Positions 61,679 through 64,000 of a stretch of DNA of 64,000 nucleotides are shown here, in pieces. The DNA lies in NCBI GenBank assembly GCA_965226885.1, contig CBDDEL010000014.1, forward strand, positions 128,001-192,000. The letters run 5' to 3'. How positions within the stretch are numbered: the first letter of the stretch is position 1; each line of letters opens with the position of its first letter. The notes below the pieces were generated by a model that was not told the DNA's origin, did no database searches, and saw only the letters and a program-made list of their open reading frames with translations. A program made the position numbers and the translations under genes. The DNA is from Opitutales bacterium. GTDB lineage: Bacteria > Verrucomicrobiota > Verrucomicrobiia > Opitutales > UBA2987.

Positions 61679-63754
61679 TTAAAAACTCAATAGATTTATG
61701 CGGATATTGAAACCAAAATCGTCCTCGCGAACGCTGCCCTGGTGGAAGACAAGCTGGTATTCGATGTCCCAGGTATTGGCGATGCGCTGGCGGATGGCGT
61801 AAATCTGCTCCGTCAAATCGTTTCGCCGGGTGTCGATTCGCCAACGGCTGCGAAAGGCCCATCGCTCGTTGAATTTATAGAAAAAATCGATGTCGTATTG
61901 TTCGATCTGTCTTTGCAGGTTGTTCGTCTCGAATGATAATTGCCAGGTATCGCCATCGCTGAGCCGAAACCGGGTGCGGGTCTCTTGCAGGGTGAGCTGC
62001 TCCGTGTCTATTTTACTATAGAGGCCGAAACTGAACCAGTTGAACGGATGGATATTCATTTGGGCGAAAAAATAGGACCATTCATCCTCTCCTTTTTCCG
62101 CCGAAAACAGAATGTCCTGATAAAAGTTAAGTTCCGCCAGATTCCGCGAACCATATTCGTCATCCCGTGTTTGCAGGAGGTTTTCGATCCCGAGACGGAC
62201 CACGTTGAGATCGCTCAGGTCATCGGTATTGCGGATATTGGCCAGGCTGATGGGTGGCAGGCTGGTATTGAATACCTCGCGGTCGATGGGTATGATCTCC
62301 CTGCGGCCGCTGCTTCCCCCCGGCAGGTAACGCCAGCGGACGACCGGTTTTATGAGGTGGCGCAATCCGTCGATACCCAAAATTTTATTTTGATAATCCC
62401 AGGTGGCATGCGCCAGGATTTCCACATCCAGGCCCAATTCGCCCATTACCCTGGTGAAGGAACCGCCGCTCCCCAAGGTGTTCGTGTAATGAGTCACACG
62501 GGCGCTTGCCACCGGCAGCAGGTGCAGCCATTTACGTACTTCGATGGGGTTGTAGAGGGTGTAAAAGAAATCAAGACGGTCGCTTTCACGCTCCGGCTGC
62601 AGGTTAAAGGCATCCTCTTGCAGACGCACGTAGGAAGCGCTCAAACTTTGGTAAACCCCCGATTGGAGAATTGGCGAGGGCATCCAGTCGAAGCGAATTT
62701 CCGGCAGCCTTTCCTGTATGTTTTGAAAATTGTTGGGCCCAAATCGGACAAATCCAGTGAGGAAAAAATTTTCACCCCGGTAAATGGTTTCCACAAAGTT
62801 GTCCGGTTTCTGATGGTCCCGGAATCGATCCGGCCGGAAATCCCGTACCACCTCCGAATCACTCCAGGCATGGATGGAGGCATTTACGGATAAATGCTCA
62901 CCGGTTTCTTGCCGGTGGCGGATCGTGATAAAATAACGATCTTTATTGATGGGTTTTCTCAGAAGGTCCCGGCCGCGTTGGCCGCTGTCCGAAATAAATC
63001 CGCTTTCGAATTGGAAAATCGCCTGGTTGTCCGGTTCTCTCAACTTCCACTCGAGGGCAGGACCGATGAGCAATCCCCGTGCCGTGTAAGCATCGATAAC
63101 GGTGCCCGCCCGCCAGTTTTCGGTCAACGGAAAGAGACTGTTGGTGCGGAAATAGGCGCCCAAGTTGTCCCGGTAGCCCAGCTTGGCGGTGAGCAATACA
63201 GCCAGGCTTTCGACGCTTTGCCTGTAGCGCGGCAGTTTGAATATGGGGAAATTACCGATGCGGAAGGTGACATTTTCCGCCTCGATGCGATCCTTAGGAT
63301 AGACGGTGGCTTGGGCCGCCCGGATGTTGAGCCCGACAGGTGAAGGTTCGCCAAAATAGATCGTGACCCCTTGGGCCGTGAATTTATCGATTGTACCGCT
63401 AAAGCCGTCTCCTTCGGCAAAAATGGGAGGCGAACCCAGGCGGAAAGCTTCCGAGCTGGTCTTTCGGCTTTTCACCTCATAAATCAGCCCGCGGCCGACC
63501 AGCCGGAAATCGCCATAATGCATACGCGCATCTCCCACCGCCATAGCCTTATTCTGCTCGTCAAAGTAACGAATTTCGTCGGCCACAACCGTCAAACCCT
63601 GGTGAGTCAAGGTGGCATTACCCCGGGCAATCGTGCTTTTGGAAGCGATGTCGAATACGATTGCCTGGTCGGAACTCAATTGGGGGGCTGGGTCCGGGGC
63701 TTGTGCGGCCATTAAAAGATAGGCCAGGGCTGATAAATTTAATCCCGAGAACAC
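61679..63754 (-). CDS. lptD: LPS-assembly protein LptD
   Basis: N-terminal jellyroll (ARGNA..ADEIRY), beta-barrel pattern, ERLPE, C-terminal Phe. Confidence 0.8.
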   Translation of the reverse strand: MFSGLNLSALAYLLMAAQAPDPAPQLSSDQAIVFDIASKSTIARGNATLTHQGLTVVADEIRYFDEQNKAMAVGDARMHYGDFRLVGRGLIYEVKSRKTSSEAFRLGSPPIFAEGDGFSGTIDKFTAQGVTIYFGEPSPVGLNIRAAQATVYPKDRIEAENVTFRIGNFPIFKLPRYRQSVESLAVLLTAKLGYRDNLGAYFRTNSLFPLTENWRAGTVIDAYTARGLLIGPALEWKLREPDNQAIFQFESGFISDSGQRGRDLLRKPINKDRYFITIRHRQETGEHLSVNASIHAWSDSEVVRDFRPDRFRDHQKPDNFVETIYRGENFFLTGFVRFGPNNFQNIQERLPEIRFDWMPSPILQSGVYQSLSASYVRLQEDAFNLQPERESDRLDFFYTLYNPIEVRKWLHLLPVASARVTHYTNTLGSGGSFTRVMGELGLDVEILAHATWDYQNKILGIDGLRHLIKPVVRWRYLPGGSSGRREIIPIDREVFNTSLPPISLANIRNTDDLSDLNVVRLGIENLLQTRDDEYGSRNLAELNFYQDILFSAEKGEDEWSYFFAQMNIHPFNWFSFGLYSKIDTEQLTLQETRTRFRLSDGDTWQLSFETNNLQRQIEQYDIDFFYKFNERWAFRSRWRIDTRRNDLTEQIYAIRQRIANTWDIEYQLVFHQGSVREDDFGFNIRINLLSF

Positions 63755-63829
63755 GGAATTCGGACTATGCGGACCGGCATTTTAGGGCACAAGATAAATA
63801 TTGAAGGTGTCTACAAAAATACCAGCCAT

Positions 63830-64000
63830 TCATGCTTCCAGGATTTTTACGATACTGAGAACGTTTCGGTCACTTGCCCGATGATAGGATATTTCGTCCA
63901 CCAGATTTTTCACCACATGAATACCCAATCCGCCGATTTCCCGTTCCTCAATGGAAGTGGAGATATCCGGGGTTTCCGATAATAATGGGTTAAACGGAAC
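63830..64000 (-). CDS. Anti-sigma-factor/HATPase_c (RsbW-like) C-terminus, partial
   Basis: Manual translation: VPFNPL..PD....EEREIGGLGIHVVKNLVDEISY. Confidence 0.85.
   Translation of the reverse strand, partial: VPFNPLLSETPDISTSIEEREIGGLGIHVVKNLVDEISYHRASDRNVLSIVKILEA

Overview
Bacterial chromosomal window; the gene style suggests Verrucomicrobiota/Opitutae (inference, not proven). It has two halves. (1) 3.5-36.6 kb is a dense insertion-sequence pile-up, about 85% IS DNA. It holds roughly 25 copies or fragments of 9 element types (IS1380 x3 types, IS1 x2 types, IS3, IS21, IS5-like, IS630), many nested with readable target-site duplications (TSDs). Among them lie broken host genes (IPTL-CTERM protein, ankyrin protein, restriction-endonuclease-like, methyltransferase) and one intact but apparently catalytically dead M14 peptidase. 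(2) 37-64 kb is mostly intact housekeeping DNA: a sulfur-assimilation/methionine operon (sulfite reductase, siroheme genes, cysH, metY, metX), secreted hydrolases, LOG protein, a trans-sulfuration enzyme, cytosine deaminase, NCS2 permease, DksA-like, trxA, scpA and lptD. Top observations: a Cys-rich leader peptide (MAIMCCCINQQQENGCAIK) with mutually exclusive terminator/antiterminator upstream of the sulfur operon; a 70-aa integrase-arm-like protein heading that operon; a ~100-aa Trp-rich C-terminal domain shared by two unrelated secreted proteins; and at least 11 perfect 5-25 bp tandem duplications, several frameshifting genes.
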